NCBI GenBank assembly: GCA_963718615.1
Contig: OY970368.1
Coordinates: 2,912,001 to 2,976,000, forward strand
Reading direction: 5' to 3'
Length of the DNA stretch: 64,000 nucleotides
Source: an uncultured cyanobacterium
GTDB lineage: Bacteria > Cyanobacteriota > Cyanobacteriia > PCC-9006 > JAAUQQ01
The position numbers and the translations under genes were made by a program. The notes beneath the pieces are model-generated. The model saw only the letters and a program-made list of their open reading frames with translations, searched no databases and was not told the origin of the DNA. Below, piece by piece: positions 1 to 10,707 of the stretch (position 1 is its first letter; the number at the start of each line of letters is the position of its first letter).

Positions 1-158
1 TTAGCCACCTCTGTCGAATTGTCCGACTGACTAGTTGCTTCTGTCGGCGCAGCCCGAAGCATAAGGTAGGTCCCAAAGCCAACGATGCCCAAAGAAAGCA
101 CCGTCAGACCGGCGATAATGAGGCCGGGAGATTTGGTGAAGCGGATTGGAGAACCCAT
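1..158 (-). CDS. 5' part of a membrane-anchored protein, runs off the window edge
   Basis: ATG at 158 reads MGSPIRFTKSPGLIIAGLTVLSLGIVGFGTYLMLRAAPTEATSQSDNSTEVA.. open to position 1; single N-terminal hydrophobic helix. Confidence 0.55.
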   Translation of the reverse strand, partial: MGSPIRFTKSPGLIIAGLTVLSLGIVGFGTYLMLRAAPTEATSQSDNSTEVA

Positions 159-453
159 AGGGGACGCGGTAGAAATAGAATTTGAGGAATAAAACAGAAA
201 CCTATAACAGCTCCCAGAGCCTGGGGAAAGAGGTTTTGGGTTGGCCTGGGAGCTTTTGGGCGGTTCTTGGGAGCTTTTTACAGATTGAGGCTATTGGATA
301 TTGAGGTTTACGTATTAAGAGATTGTAATCATTATTTTTACATCCTTCTATAAAGTCTTGGCGATCGCCCCCCCAAACTCCGACGGCTCATATATTTCTC
401 TTTAATAAGCTAAACTCAGGTTCATTTCGCTCCCTGTCGTCGCACCGTCACCC

Positions 454-1137
454 ATGAGTAACGTGCAAATCCCCCGTTTCCCTGAGGCCCAGCATCCGCT
501 CATTCAGCCCCTAACGCAGATGAGCGATCGCGATCTGCTGACTCTCTTTCAGCGGCATCCCGATCAGGGGCGCTACTTTACAGCCATTCTGTGCCGTTAT
601 ACCCCGATTGTCTATACGCTGATTTGGCACTCAACCCGCTCGGCGGTGCAGGCGGAATATCTCTTTGCCCTGACTTGGCGACATATCTTCTATGAAATGG
701 GGGGATTGGATCTGCGCACTGATGATTCAAGCGGCGGTGCACCTGCAACCCTGCAGGGATGGCTGATCAATCTCGCGGCGCAATGTATTAACCATATCTC
801 GCTACCACCGGTTGAAGAAATTCAGTACTCGATGCAAGCCGCACCGCCGCCGCTCTGGTGCTATGTGGAACAAGCGCTCGATCGCCTGCCCCCTCGGCAG
901 CGGTTAATTACGATTATGGCCCAAACCTATCACTGGAGCGAGACCCGTATTGCGGCCTATCTCCAAGCAGAAGGCGAAAATCTCTCACCCAAGGAAATTC
1001 AGGGAGCCCTGAAAGATGCCTATCAACAGCTCGAAACTGCTCTTCCGTCGGACTTGCGGACCGTTTACTTTGATGAGCCCCTGCCCGAGCACGAAGAATT
1101 GGGAACAGTGGGAGACATTGCAGAGCGCTTGGGGTAG
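454..1137 (+). CDS. sigma-70 family (ECF-like) RNA polymerase sigma factor, cyanobacterial type
   Basis: Region-2-like segment (F..ILCRYTPIVYTLI..AEYLFALTWRHIF..LQGWL) and region-4-like segment (ALDRLPPRQRLITIMAQTYHWSETRIA). Confidence 0.75.
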   Translation: MSNVQIPRFPEAQHPLIQPLTQMSDRDLLTLFQRHPDQGRYFTAILCRYTPIVYTLIWHSTRSAVQAEYLFALTWRHIFYEMGGLDLRTDDSSGGAPATLQGWLINLAAQCINHISLPPVEEIQYSMQAAPPPLWCYVEQALDRLPPRQRLITIMAQTYHWSETRIAAYLQAEGENLSPKEIQGALKDAYQQLETALPSDLRTVYFDEPLPEHEELGTVGDIAERLG

Positions 1138-1202
1138 GTTGTACAAATGACACAATCCTCCTGCTTTGAAGATTAGCCCAATCGATTTAAGCCCCGAACA
1201 CC

Positions 1203-2282
1203 ATGGAGAATTCTATGTCGCCCAAAACGCTGCTGACCGGCCTCCTGGCCCCCGGCCTCCTTGGCCTACTCACCCCAGGGGCGGCGTTGGCTCAGTTTTT
1301 GCCGTCTGATCCCCTACAGGCCCCGCTGCGCCCCAATCTGGATCAACAGCTTCAGGTCCAAGTCAACAATGGTACTCGGGGCCAAGAGCGCGATCGCGCC
1401 GATATCTTTATGACAGAGGCCGCAGGACAGGCCCGACAAGGTTTTCAGCGCAAGGCGATCGCCCTCTGGGAGCAAGCCTACGATCGGTACCGCAAGGCCG
1501 GAGATAGTCAGGGTATGGGCATGGCCCTAGAATATGTGGGTTTGGCCTATGCGGATTTGGGGCTGATGGTCCCGGCGGAAGATGCGCTGCGGCGTCGGTT
1601 GGCGATCGCCCGCGATCAAGGGGATTTTCGCAGTCAGGTGTATGCCCTGAACAATGTCGGTACGGTGCTGCTCCAGCGCGGGTTTGCGCCCCAAGCGGAG
1701 AAATCCTTCCAAGAAGCGCGTCAAATTGCCGGAGACATCAAGCATATTGAGGGTCAAGGGTTGTCCCTGAGCAATCTGGGCCTAGCCTCCGCTCGCCAAG
1801 GACAGCATGGCCGAGCCGTCAAGCTCTATGAAAGCGCTCTGGCCTACCGTCGCCAAACCCGTGATTCCGTTGGCGAGGCCAACACGCTGAATAATTTGGG
1901 GGATTCCTATCAGGTGCTCAATCTCTACCCTGATGCGATCGGGGCCTACGGCGCAGCACTGAATCTCGCACGACTCGCTTCGGACGACAATAACCAATTT
2001 CGCGCCATTGATGGCTTAGTGATTGCCCACCGCGATGCGGGGCGGGATGCCCGAGCCCTAGATCTGCTCGACAAGCGTCTACAAATCGCCCGAAGCCAAG
2101 ACAATTTGCAGCAGCAATTTGTGACGGTTCGATCCCTTGCCGAGTTCTATCAAGGGCAAGGAAACCCCAATGCAGCCAAAAACTTCTATCAGCGGGCGCT
2201 AGTGCTGGCCCAGGCCCTGGGCGATCGCCAGCAGGAAGTGCTGTTGATTGACCAGTTGACCCAAATTGAATTTCCCCAGTAG
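1203..2282 (+). CDS. exported tetratricopeptide repeat protein
   Basis: Signal peptide ending ALA-Q; repeated LNNLG..Y TPR motifs; alternative start 1215. Confidence 0.85.
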   Translation: MENSMSPKTLLTGLLAPGLLGLLTPGAALAQFLPSDPLQAPLRPNLDQQLQVQVNNGTRGQERDRADIFMTEAAGQARQGFQRKAIALWEQAYDRYRKAGDSQGMGMALEYVGLAYADLGLMVPAEDALRRRLAIARDQGDFRSQVYALNNVGTVLLQRGFAPQAEKSFQEARQIAGDIKHIEGQGLSLSNLGLASARQGQHGRAVKLYESALAYRRQTRDSVGEANTLNNLGDSYQVLNLYPDAIGAYGAALNLARLASDDNNQFRAIDGLVIAHRDAGRDARALDLLDKRLQIARSQDNLQQQFVTVRSLAEFYQGQGNPNAAKNFYQRALVLAQALGDRQQEVLLIDQLTQIEFPQ

Positions 2283-2316
2283 CTTTCCCCAGTCGCTTTT
2301 CCCAGTCGCTTTTCCC
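2271..2316. repeat. 13-bp tandem repeat spanning the TPR gene stop codon
   Basis: tttccccagtagc / tttccccagtcgc / ttttcccagtcgc / ttttccc. Confidence 0.85.
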
Positions 2317-2528
2317 GTAAATTTTGTAGCATTAGACGCTTGGGAATCTCCTTGCACAAGCTAGAGTAAAAGGGTCAGGATCTACCGGTTGCGACGCATT
2401 GGTTTCGATTCTCCTCGGTTTCTGTGCCTCTTCAAACTCTGTCCATTCGGCAACCGCATCTATACCGAAGTTAAGCAAGATCAGTTAGATCGATTGAAAG
2501 TCCCTTGCTGTGGCGTAACGTCAACTTG

Positions 2529-4925
2529 ATGGGTTATCAAACCGCCGTACAATCCTCCCTTTCACTGCGGGAGGTGTTTGACCAATTTAATCAGGCTCAA
2601 GTCCAGCTCCAGACCTTTTTTGATGCCCCGCTGGACCTATTGTGCTGTCTCAATCGGGAAGGCAAATTCCAGGCAGCAAGCTTTAGCTGGTTACAAACCC
2701 TCGGATGGCGCGAGGACGAACTCCAGGGGCATTATTGGGGGGAATGGGTGCACCCCCAGGATATGCAGCATGCGTTACTGCAGCTCAATAGCCTGCTCAA
2801 CCAGCGCAGTAACCGCAAACAGCAATATCGCTTTGACTGTCGATTTCGCCACCGCGATGGCAGCTATCGTTGGCTCATGTGGCGTTTGGTGCTGGCCAGC
2901 CCGAGCCGCTCCATTGTCTATGCTTGGGTCCAAGACATTACCGAACAAAAAATGTCAGAGCCCCAGGGCTTTGAATATCGGGATGAATTTTTGCAGTTGG
3001 CCGAAACCCTTCGGGATGTGTTTTGGATCTATGACCCCCTTGCCCATCAGCAGCTCTATGTCAGCCCTTCCTATGAGCGGGTTTGGGGACGGTCCTGTGA
3101 CAGCTTATATCAAGACCCTAGCTCCCTCCATGCCGCCATCCACCCGGAGGACCAAGATTATGTCCGCACCGTTTTAGATGACACCCAGCACACGGTTTTG
3201 ACCGGAGCCAACCAGGCGGCTTGTAGCGATTTGGAATATCGGATTGTTCAGCCCAATGGAGAGGTTCGCTGGATTCACGATCGCAGTTTTCCGCTCCTGG
3301 ATAGTACGGGACAAATTTATCGATTCATTGGCGTTGCGGAAGATATTACGGAACAGCGGCAGGCGGAAGAGGAGTGCGATCGCCTCTTTGCCCAGATCAC
3401 CCAGCAAAACCAAACCCTTGAGCAGCGCATTGCCCAGCGCACCGACGAGCTGCGAGCCATTATCGATGCCATCCCTGACCAAATTTGCGTGGTCACGCGG
3501 CCTGACATGCGGATTGACTACTGCAATGCTGCCTTCGTTGAAGCGCTCAATGCCCCCAATCGTCAAGCCCTCGAAGGGAAAACGATTTACGAATGTTTCC
3601 CCGCAGCTCAGGCCGAGTATTCTGCTCAGCAAAACGAGCAGGTTTTCGCCACAGGGCTGCCGCTCCAAATTGAAGAGAGTTTAGTCCTCGGGAACTGGGC
3701 ATCGCTACTGCATTTGGATACGACGAAAGTGCCGCTGCGAACACCGGAAGGGGAGGTTTATGCCCTGGTCAGCGCGGCTCGCGATATCAGTGCCTTCAAA
3801 ATTGCTGAGGCGGAGTTACAAAAGAGCCAGGAATTGTTCCGCGCTATCTTTGAGCAGGCAGCGGTGGGGATTAGTTTAGTCAGCCCAGAAGGAAAGTTTA
3901 TTGCCGTCAACCAAAAATTCTGTTCCCTCTTGGGATATTCCCAGGCAGAGCTGATGACGATGACGTTTCAGCAAATTACGGACCCTCACCATCTCGAAGC
4001 GGATCTCAATCAATATCATCGCTTGCTCAATGGCGAAATCCAGTCCTTTTCCCTAGAAAAGTGCTTTATTCGCAAAGATCAAGGGCTCCAGTGGGCTGCG
4101 CTGACGGTCTCTGGGGTCTATGACGATGGCGGGGAGATGAAGTATGACATTGGGGTATTGCAGGATATTAGCGATCGCAAACAAGGTGAAGTCGAAGTCC
4201 TCAAGGCCCTGGCCAAAGAACGGGAACTCAATGAGCTGAAGTCGCGGGTAATTTCGATGATTTCCCATGAGTATCGAACGCCGTTGACGGTGATTTATTC
4301 ATCGGCAGAGTTGTTGGAGCATTATGGCGATCGCTGGACCGATGAGCGGCGGCGAACCCATTTTGAGCGCATTCAAAACTCGGTAAACCATCTGACGGAG
4401 TTGGTGAATGATGTTTTATTTCTCAATCGAGCCGAGGCCGATCGCCTCGACTTTAACCCAGCGCCGCTAGACGTGGTGGGATTTTTCCAAAAGCTGTTAC
4501 CGGAAATTCAGGATGCCTTTTTCGCCCAGGAAAACTGTGTCCATTCGCTGCGGGTTATGTACCCGGAGGGGCGTCCGATTCTGTCATTAGATGAGCGATT
4601 GCTGCGGCAAATTGTCACGAATCTCTTTTCCAATGCAGTTAAATATTCGCCCCAGGGTTGTCAGATTGAAATCAATATTCGCTATGTGAACGATGAGCTC
4701 CAGTTGGTCATCGAAGACCGGGGCATTGGCATTCCAGAGGAAGAACAGGGTAAGCTCTTTGATTCTTTTCGTCGAGCAGGAAATGTGGGAACCATTCCGG
4801 GAACGGGCCTAGGACTGTCCATCGTGAAAAAATGTGTGGATATTCACCAGGGACGAATTAAGGTGCGGAGCCAGGTAAACCAGGGAACACGGTTTAGTAT
4901 TGCGTTGCCGTCATTTCGGGGGTAG
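2529..4925 (+). CDS. multi-PAS sensor histidine kinase
   Basis: Four PAS/PAC segments, H-box SHEYRTPL, N-box NLFSNAVKYS, G boxes DRGIGI and GTGLGL. Confidence 0.92.
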   Translation: MGYQTAVQSSLSLREVFDQFNQAQVQLQTFFDAPLDLLCCLNREGKFQAASFSWLQTLGWREDELQGHYWGEWVHPQDMQHALLQLNSLLNQRSNRKQQYRFDCRFRHRDGSYRWLMWRLVLASPSRSIVYAWVQDITEQKMSEPQGFEYRDEFLQLAETLRDVFWIYDPLAHQQLYVSPSYERVWGRSCDSLYQDPSSLHAAIHPEDQDYVRTVLDDTQHTVLTGANQAACSDLEYRIVQPNGEVRWIHDRSFPLLDSTGQIYRFIGVAEDITEQRQAEEECDRLFAQITQQNQTLEQRIAQRTDELRAIIDAIPDQICVVTRPDMRIDYCNAAFVEALNAPNRQALEGKTIYECFPAAQAEYSAQQNEQVFATGLPLQIEESLVLGNWASLLHLDTTKVPLRTPEGEVYALVSAARDISAFKIAEAELQKSQELFRAIFEQAAVGISLVSPEGKFIAVNQKFCSLLGYSQAELMTMTFQQITDPHHLEADLNQYHRLLNGEIQSFSLEKCFIRKDQGLQWAALTVSGVYDDGGEMKYDIGVLQDISDRKQGEVEVLKALAKERELNELKSRVISMISHEYRTPLTVIYSSAELLEHYGDRWTDERRRTHFERIQNSVNHLTELVNDVLFLNRAEADRLDFNPAPLDVVGFFQKLLPEIQDAFFAQENCVHSLRVMYPEGRPILSLDERLLRQIVTNLFSNAVKYSPQGCQIEINIRYVNDELQLVIEDRGIGIPEEEQGKLFDSFRRAGNVGTIPGTGLGLSIVKKCVDIHQGRIKVRSQVNQGTRFSIALPSFRG

Positions 4926-4965
4926 ATTAGCCACAAAAGTTTGCCATTCTCTCCTATCAGTAGCC

Positions 4966-5190
4966 ATGTCTGACCGCCTCTCCCTGGCCGAGCGCATCAC
5001 AGAAATCAAAAAGATTCTGACCCTGACGCCCCGCGATCGCCTCCACAGTGCAGCCCTACTCGTACAGCTCGGCCAACATATGCTCAGCGAGGCGGAGCTA
5101 GCAACACTGCCCGAAGCCGAGCGGACCGAGTTGTATCACAACCTCGAAGCAGGTATCACCCGCTTGAAACACACTTTAAACTCAGATTAA
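4966..5190 (+). CDS. small hypothetical protein (74 aa, helical)
   Basis: ATG at 4966 downstream of the kinase, MSDRLSLAERITEIKK..; no motif recognised. Confidence 0.5.
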   Translation: MSDRLSLAERITEIKKILTLTPRDRLHSAALLVQLGQHMLSEAELATLPEAERTELYHNLEAGITRLKHTLNSD

Positions 5191-5468
5191 TCTTTTGGGC
5201 AAATGCTTTGGGAAAATGTTTCTAGCCAAAGTATTGGCTAAAGGATTGTTGACTAAAATATTAGCTAATGTTTTTGGAATTCCTGATGACCCATAGTAGA
5301 ATTAACGCCTCCGTAGCAATACGGTTTTTAGTCGCTACAGAACTCCTATAGATCAGAGAAAATCCGGTAGATAAAACAAACTAGGGAAAGACTGAAAAGA
5401 GCGATCTAAATCAACGCTAATCTTACAGCGCTGAGAGATTATTTTAAGCCTTATCAGAGCCTTGACCC

Positions 5469-7016
5469 ATGCAGCTCAAATCTCATCCCCTAACCGCTGC
5501 GTTTATTCTTCTCAATCTTTGTATTACAGTACCTCTCGCTGCCAAACTGAATATTTGGATTGATGAAGCCTATTCTTTGAATACAACCGGGGGTGGTTTC
5601 TTTGAGACGATCCGAGCGGCGATCGCCTTCGAAAACCAACCCCCTCTCTATTTTTTACTATTGCATCTCTGGCGAAATCTCAACGGCTCTATTTTCTTCG
5701 CTCGACTGTTTTCTTGTCTCTGCCTTAGCCTCACTCTTTTCTTCGCAGCAAAAGTTTCTCAACGATATCTCAACCGGATTAGTCCCGCTTGGTTCGTGGG
5801 GGCGATCGCCCTGCATCCCTACGCCATTTGGACCGCCCTCGAAATTCGCACCTATGGCTTTGCGGTCTTACTTTCAATGCTGCTGCTCCTGCTTTTTTTC
5901 GATGGCTATCTTGCCGAGCAGCCTCAGAAAAATGCTAGGGTGGTTTATGGGTTTTTGGCGATCGCCGCCCTCTATACCCATTATTTTTTAGCCTGTATTC
6001 TCTTTGCCCATTGGGTCACCCTCTGGCTGCTCCGTCGTTGGCGAGATGCCATTTTTCATAGTCTCGTTTTGGTCGGTGTTGGCTTTACGTTTTCGCCTCT
6101 CCTGTTGGTCTTGGGACATCATCTGGCGGGTCAGGGTGCAGCCATGACGAACCATGCGGATACAGTCCTAGAAAGTGTGCGAACCATGCTAGGTCGCCTC
6201 ACCCTTTACATTTTACCCAGCGATTTTCAGGGCCTTTCAGGTCAGTTTTTTAGCATTTATCGCTATTGCTTTATGCTGGTTTTAGGGGGCTTAATAGTCC
6301 TCTATCGACAGGTCATAGAGCCACGAGCCTTGGCCACATTCATAACGTTTTTAGTCGCCACAGGAACCCTTACTCTTTTACTAGATTTAACCGAGAATGC
6401 CAAATTAACCAGCCGCTACAGTTATCCCCTCTTTATTTTGACGTTGCTGGGGGGATTAACCGTTTTTTCGCTCGTTCCCGAGCACTCAAGGCGCAAAGGG
6501 CTGGAATTGTGGAGTGTGATCATCGTTGTTCTCTATGCAACCTCCCTAATAGTAACCTATGCCCCCCTCGCAAAAGATGGCGACTGGCAACGGGTTGCAG
6601 CCTATATTACGGCCCAAGAAACGCCCAAACAGCCGGTGTTAGTCTTTTCGGCAGAGGGTTTATTGCCGCTAAATTACTATTATCAAGGTGTGAATTCGTT
6701 ACGAGGTGTACCCCGTCAGGTACCTGGAGGTCAATATGATTTACGACGGTTTGCCCTGCAAAACGACTCAGAAATTCAGGAGGCGATCGCCGGTTCCAGC
6801 CAACCCGAAAAGCCCCTGCCCCAACAACTCTGGCTTGTCAAAGCCCCCAGTTATGTCTTAGATGGCACGGGGAAAAAAGCCTGTCAAATTTGGGAGATTG
6901 ATCTAGGCTGCACTCGCTTAGAAGCATTTTTGAACCGTCGCTATGATGTCGTCAATCGTCGAGATTTCTATGGCGCAAATGTTCGTCTCTTCCAAAAAAA
7001 GAGGGACAGCGCTTGA
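5469..7016 (+). CDS. GT-C fold membrane glycosyltransferase (GT39/PMT_2-like)
   Basis: IWIDEAYS, PPLYFLLLH, EIRTY and LYTHYF motifs; many TM helices. Confidence 0.85.
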   Translation: MQLKSHPLTAAFILLNLCITVPLAAKLNIWIDEAYSLNTTGGGFFETIRAAIAFENQPPLYFLLLHLWRNLNGSIFFARLFSCLCLSLTLFFAAKVSQRYLNRISPAWFVGAIALHPYAIWTALEIRTYGFAVLLSMLLLLLFFDGYLAEQPQKNARVVYGFLAIAALYTHYFLACILFAHWVTLWLLRRWRDAIFHSLVLVGVGFTFSPLLLVLGHHLAGQGAAMTNHADTVLESVRTMLGRLTLYILPSDFQGLSGQFFSIYRYCFMLVLGGLIVLYRQVIEPRALATFITFLVATGTLTLLLDLTENAKLTSRYSYPLFILTLLGGLTVFSLVPEHSRRKGLELWSVIIVVLYATSLIVTYAPLAKDGDWQRVAAYITAQETPKQPVLVFSAEGLLPLNYYYQGVNSLRGVPRQVPGGQYDLRRFALQNDSEIQEAIAGSSQPEKPLPQQLWLVKAPSYVLDGTGKKACQIWEIDLGCTRLEAFLNRRYDVVNRRDFYGANVRLFQKKRDSA

Positions 7017-7054
7017 GCCTGTCCCTACCAGATACTGTATGCCAACTGTTGCGG

Positions 7055-7879
7055 CTAAACCGCTGCCTGCTGGAGTGCCTGTTGTACCAGCAAAATCACC
7101 TGGGCACGGCTCAATTTTTCCTTGCCTTTCATCATGGCATCTAGGGTCCCGTGGGCTAAAACCAGGGGCAATTTGCAAAATTCCTTCACAGGCCCCGGAT
7201 GCAGCGCATCCGTATAGGCGTCCGCTAACAGCAAATTGCGACGGGCATATTCATGCATTTGGCTATCTGTCCAACCCATGGGATAAAAATCAGCCCCTCG
7301 TTGAAGATCTTCCTGATGATTGCGCAAAATATTCACCGCCTGGAGACCCCGACCGAACCCGATCGCCTCAGCGCGATTGGTCTGGGTACCGTCGTACCAG
7401 GCCCAAAGGTCCGAGAGCAGTAACCCCACAGCACCCGCCACGCTAAACGTATATCGATCCAGATCGGTTTCACTGCTAACGACCCAATCCTGCTCTGCCC
7501 AATGGGCCATGCGGTCTGCCATGGCAGCCGTGGCATCCCAAACGCGGGGCGCAATTTCCCCTGGCGCGAGCTGTGCCCAGTCCTGCAATCGCAAGCTGAC
7601 CTCGGGGAGCAAATGCATCGCCGATTCCATACCCCTGGCCCAATCCTCAGGTCCACAGGCCGCTGGAAACCCTTGCAAAGCCAAGCTCATGTTGCGCAGG
7701 ATTTTGGCCTTGGTGACATTGTCCAAGTCCGGGTGGTCTTCGACTTCGTCGATCGCCCGCATGCAAAGATACCCCGAAGCCACCGCTTCTTGCAGGCCCT
7801 CTGGCAAACGACTAATGGGAATAAAAAAGGTCCGACTGGTCGCCTGCAAGACCGCAAGGGCATCCTTCCGAAGGTTCAT
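7055..7879 (-). CDS. sqs: squalene/phytoene synthase family, probable squalene synthase
   Basis: TSRTF, YLCMRAIDEVED, YTFSVAGAVG, GLQAVNILR motifs. Confidence 0.85.
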   Translation of the reverse strand: MNLRKDALAVLQATSRTFFIPISRLPEGLQEAVASGYLCMRAIDEVEDHPDLDNVTKAKILRNMSLALQGFPAACGPEDWARGMESAMHLLPEVSLRLQDWAQLAPGEIAPRVWDATAAMADRMAHWAEQDWVVSSETDLDRYTFSVAGAVGLLLSDLWAWYDGTQTNRAEAIGFGRGLQAVNILRNHQEDLQRGADFYPMGWTDSQMHEYARRNLLLADAYTDALHPGPVKEFCKLPLVLAHGTLDAMMKGKEKLSRAQVILLVQQALQQAAV

Positions 7880-8018
7880 AAATTCAGTCTCCTCACACAC
7901 GGTTAACTATACCGAGCAGCACTCATTGTAGACAGTTGTCCCACAAAGCCGCACCTTATAATGTTGTTCTGCGATACAGCACTATCACCAAGCCCTGAGC
8001 GAAAGAAGCAATTAAATT

Positions 8019-8300
8019 ATGCCCAAAGCAATTTGGAAAGAAACAGTGATTGCCCAAAGCGATCGCTACGAAACCGTTGAAGGGAATATTTACTTCCCGC
8101 CCGAAGCCCTCAACGCCGAGTATTTTCAACCCAGCGACCACCACACCACCTGCTCCTGGAAGGGCCTCGCCAGCTACTACAACGTAGTCGTCGAGGGCGA
8201 GGTCAATGCCAACGCTGCTTGGTATTATCCCGAGCCCAAAGCGGCGGCCAGCAATATCAAGGGCTACATTGCCTTTTGGAAAGGGGTCAAAGTGGAATAG
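8019..8300 (+). CDS. DUF427 domain protein
   Basis: [37 protein letters not shown]. Confidence 0.9.
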   Translation: MPKAIWKETVIAQSDRYETVEGNIYFPPEALNAEYFQPSDHHTTCSWKGLASYYNVVVEGEVNANAAWYYPEPKAAASNIKGYIAFWKGVKVE

Positions 8301-8973
8301 GAGAAGCCGTTGAAGCGAAGGGAGGGCTGGGCTGGGGGATCCAGCTCAGGCCAAACTGGTCGGCGAAGGTTACGGCAACGCGATCGCGCACGGCCTCAAA
8401 CTCAATGTCGGGGATAAACTGCGCGAGGCTCCCCACCGGGCGATCGCCAATGCCACAGGGCACAATCCGCTCAAACCCGCTTAAATCCGGACAAACATTG
8501 AGCGCAAAGCCATGCATGGTGATCCAGCGGCTGGCCTTGATGCCGATCGCCGCCACCTTGCGCCCTTCCACCCAAACCCCGGTTAATCCCTCAATCCGTT
8601 CTCCCACCAACCCGTACTGGTCCAAAACCGAGATCAGGACGGTTTCAAGCTGCCGCAAATACCAGTGCAGGTCTTGACGATGACGGCTGAGATTCAAAAT
8701 GGGATAGCCGACCAGTTGGCCGGGACAGTGGTACGTAACTTCACCACCACGTTCCACACGATGGAGTTCATAGTCGGGATGATGGGGGTCAAATTTGAGA
8801 AATTCCAGGGTTGCGCCCTGACCCAAGGTGTAAACCGGCGGATGTTGTAAAAGCAGAAGAACGTCGGGCAAGTTGGAATTGAGTTTTCTGGCAGAAAGTA
8901 GCGATCGCTGCCATTCCCAGGCGGTTTTGTAGGGAATGATACGGAGTGAATAGAGGTGGGCAGAGTATCTCAA
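8287..8973 (-). CDS. lipB: lipoyl(octanoyl) transferase
   Basis: [43 protein letters not shown]. Confidence 0.95.
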   Translation of the reverse strand: MRYSAHLYSLRIIPYKTAWEWQRSLLSARKLNSNLPDVLLLLQHPPVYTLGQGATLEFLKFDPHHPDYELHRVERGGEVTYHCPGQLVGYPILNLSRHRQDLHWYLRQLETVLISVLDQYGLVGERIEGLTGVWVEGRKVAAIGIKASRWITMHGFALNVCPDLSGFERIVPCGIGDRPVGSLAQFIPDIEFEAVRDRVAVTFADQFGLSWIPQPSPPFASTASPIPL

Positions 8974-9223
8974 TACACCAATTGTTTACGTTTGTCATTT
9001 TCGATTGTAGAAAGTCGGGTCAAGAAATATCAAGCCATGCAAAGGATCTTAAAGCTCCTTCAGGTCTGACTGCGAGTTTGCTAGGGTGGGATCAAAGACA
9101 AACAACTAGTCCATCCGGACCTTATGACAAAGCTTCAGAAGTATAGCGTCTCCAAACAAACGCTCTCTTAGCGCTTCTGGAAAGTTGTGGGTCCGGTTCT
9201 GCCTATTGGGGGAGGAAGCTCCT

Positions 9224-9964
9224 ATGAAGCTTGTTATCCAGGGTAAAAACATTGAGATCACGGATTCGATTCGCAATTATGTCCATCAAAAAATTGAGAA
9301 GGCGGTGAGCCATTACCAACACCTCACGATGGAAGTGGATGTACATCTGTCCGTTGCTCGCAACCCTCGGATAGCTTTGCAGCAGCAAGTTGCAGAAGTT
9401 ACCATCTATGCCAATGGTGCGGTGATCCGTGCAGAAGAACAAAGCGAGGATCTGTATGCCAGCATCGATATGGTGGCGGACAAGATCAGCCGTCGCCTCC
9501 GCAAGTACAAAGAAAAACGACAAAGCAAGCGAGACCACACCTCTGTAAAAGCCGTTCCGCCGGAGGTTTTGGAAGAGAGCGCTGGACTCACACCCGATGC
9601 TCTGCAAGAGCTGATTACCAAGGGTGAACCCGTTCTGCCGACGGATGTCGTGCGGATGAAGTACTTCCCCATGCCGCCGATGAATGTGGAGGAAGCGCTG
9701 GAGCAGTTGCAGTTGGTTGGCCATGATTTCTTTATGTTCCACAACCGGGATACGGAGGAAATCAACGTTATCTACAAACGCAATCATGGTGGATTTGGCG
9801 TCATTCAGCCACGTCTGGCCAATCAGACGAATGGTCACCGCAATGGAAATGCCCATCATGCCAACGGCAATGGTAACGGTCACGCGAATGGTCATTCAAG
9901 CTACCAAAACGGCAATTTGACACAGCTCAATGTCCCGGCGGCTCAGGTCCCGGATCGGGGTTAA
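9224..9964 (+). CDS. lrtA: ribosome hibernation factor LrtA/HPF (long form)
   Basis: [35 protein letters not shown]-terminal [14 protein letters not shown]; GGAGG RBS. Confidence 0.95.
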   Translation: MKLVIQGKNIEITDSIRNYVHQKIEKAVSHYQHLTMEVDVHLSVARNPRIALQQQVAEVTIYANGAVIRAEEQSEDLYASIDMVADKISRRLRKYKEKRQSKRDHTSVKAVPPEVLEESAGLTPDALQELITKGEPVLPTDVVRMKYFPMPPMNVEEALEQLQLVGHDFFMFHNRDTEEINVIYKRNHGGFGVIQPRLANQTNGHRNGNAHHANGNGNGHANGHSSYQNGNLTQLNVPAAQVPDRG

Positions 9965-10001
9965 TCGCAAGTTGAGCCGAACAGCCTAGACCGATAGGGG
10001 C

Positions 10002-10037
10002 ACGGGGACATTGCAGTGCAATGTCCCCGTCTTTTTT
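10002..10037 (+). terminator. intrinsic terminator / REP-like hairpin
   Basis: acggggacattgca-g-tgcaatgtccccgt 14-bp perfect inverted repeat followed by T6, between convergent genes. Confidence 0.75.
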
Positions 10038-10064
10038 CCGTTTTTTGGCATTTGGGGGGAGATT

Positions 10065-10646
10065 CTAGAAATAGAGCCAAGTTGTCCAAGCATATTTGGT
10101 ACCTGTGAGAACGGGTAAGGATTGGTGGGGATAGGCATAAAACGACGGAAAAACCAGGACCGCGCCTCGTTGGGGTTTGACCTTGAGTAATTGGCGATCG
10201 AAATAGGTTTCTCCCCCTTCAAAGTCATCATTCAAATAGCCCACCACACTCACATCCCGCGTCGGTACACCCCGCTGGGATTCTTCTAGGCGGCTGGGCA
10301 TAAGCAAATTATCCACATGGCGCTGGTAAAATTCGCCCGTTTCGTAGCGCAAAATCGAACAGGCTTCAGCACGAGTAAAGCGAATACCGTATTCGGCATG
10401 GAGCCAGTCCTGCACATAGCCCACCTGTTCGAGCAGGAGCTCATTAGTTGAGGTCAAAACCGGATCGCCCTCCAGCAGCAGCTTGGTATTACTGCGGACT
10501 TCGGCCTCGACGCGGCCTAGCTCAACCCCAGCGGGTTCGGGCTGATAGAACTGGGTGAGCTGGATGAGGTGGTCACAGAGGCTGGGAGTAATCAAAGATT
10601 GCAGCAAAAAGATATCAGGGGTGAGAGCGGTGATCGTTAAAGACAT
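10065..10646 (-). CDS. 2OG-Fe(II) oxygenase (prolyl 4-hydroxylase-like)
   Basis: LRYETGEFYQRHVD (HxD), YLNDDFEGGET, HQSLPV..GTKY. Confidence 0.9.
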   Translation of the reverse strand: MSLTITALTPDIFLLQSLITPSLCDHLIQLTQFYQPEPAGVELGRVEAEVRSNTKLLLEGDPVLTSTNELLLEQVGYVQDWLHAEYGIRFTRAEACSILRYETGEFYQRHVDNLLMPSRLEESQRGVPTRDVSVVGYLNDDFEGGETYFDRQLLKVKPQRGAVLVFPSFYAYPHQSLPVLTGTKYAWTTWLYF

Positions 10647-10707
10647 TGTATTGTTAAGGACATTTTGTAGAATGGGGCTGTTCCGGATGGGTGGAAGGAT
10701 TTAGAGC

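Noticed and set aside
9203-9895. Long antisense/overlapping ORFs (also 7320-7931, 58097-58816, 59124-59732, 62258-62866, 63347-63892)
   Set aside because: Shadow frames of well-supported genes, with no recognisable motifs
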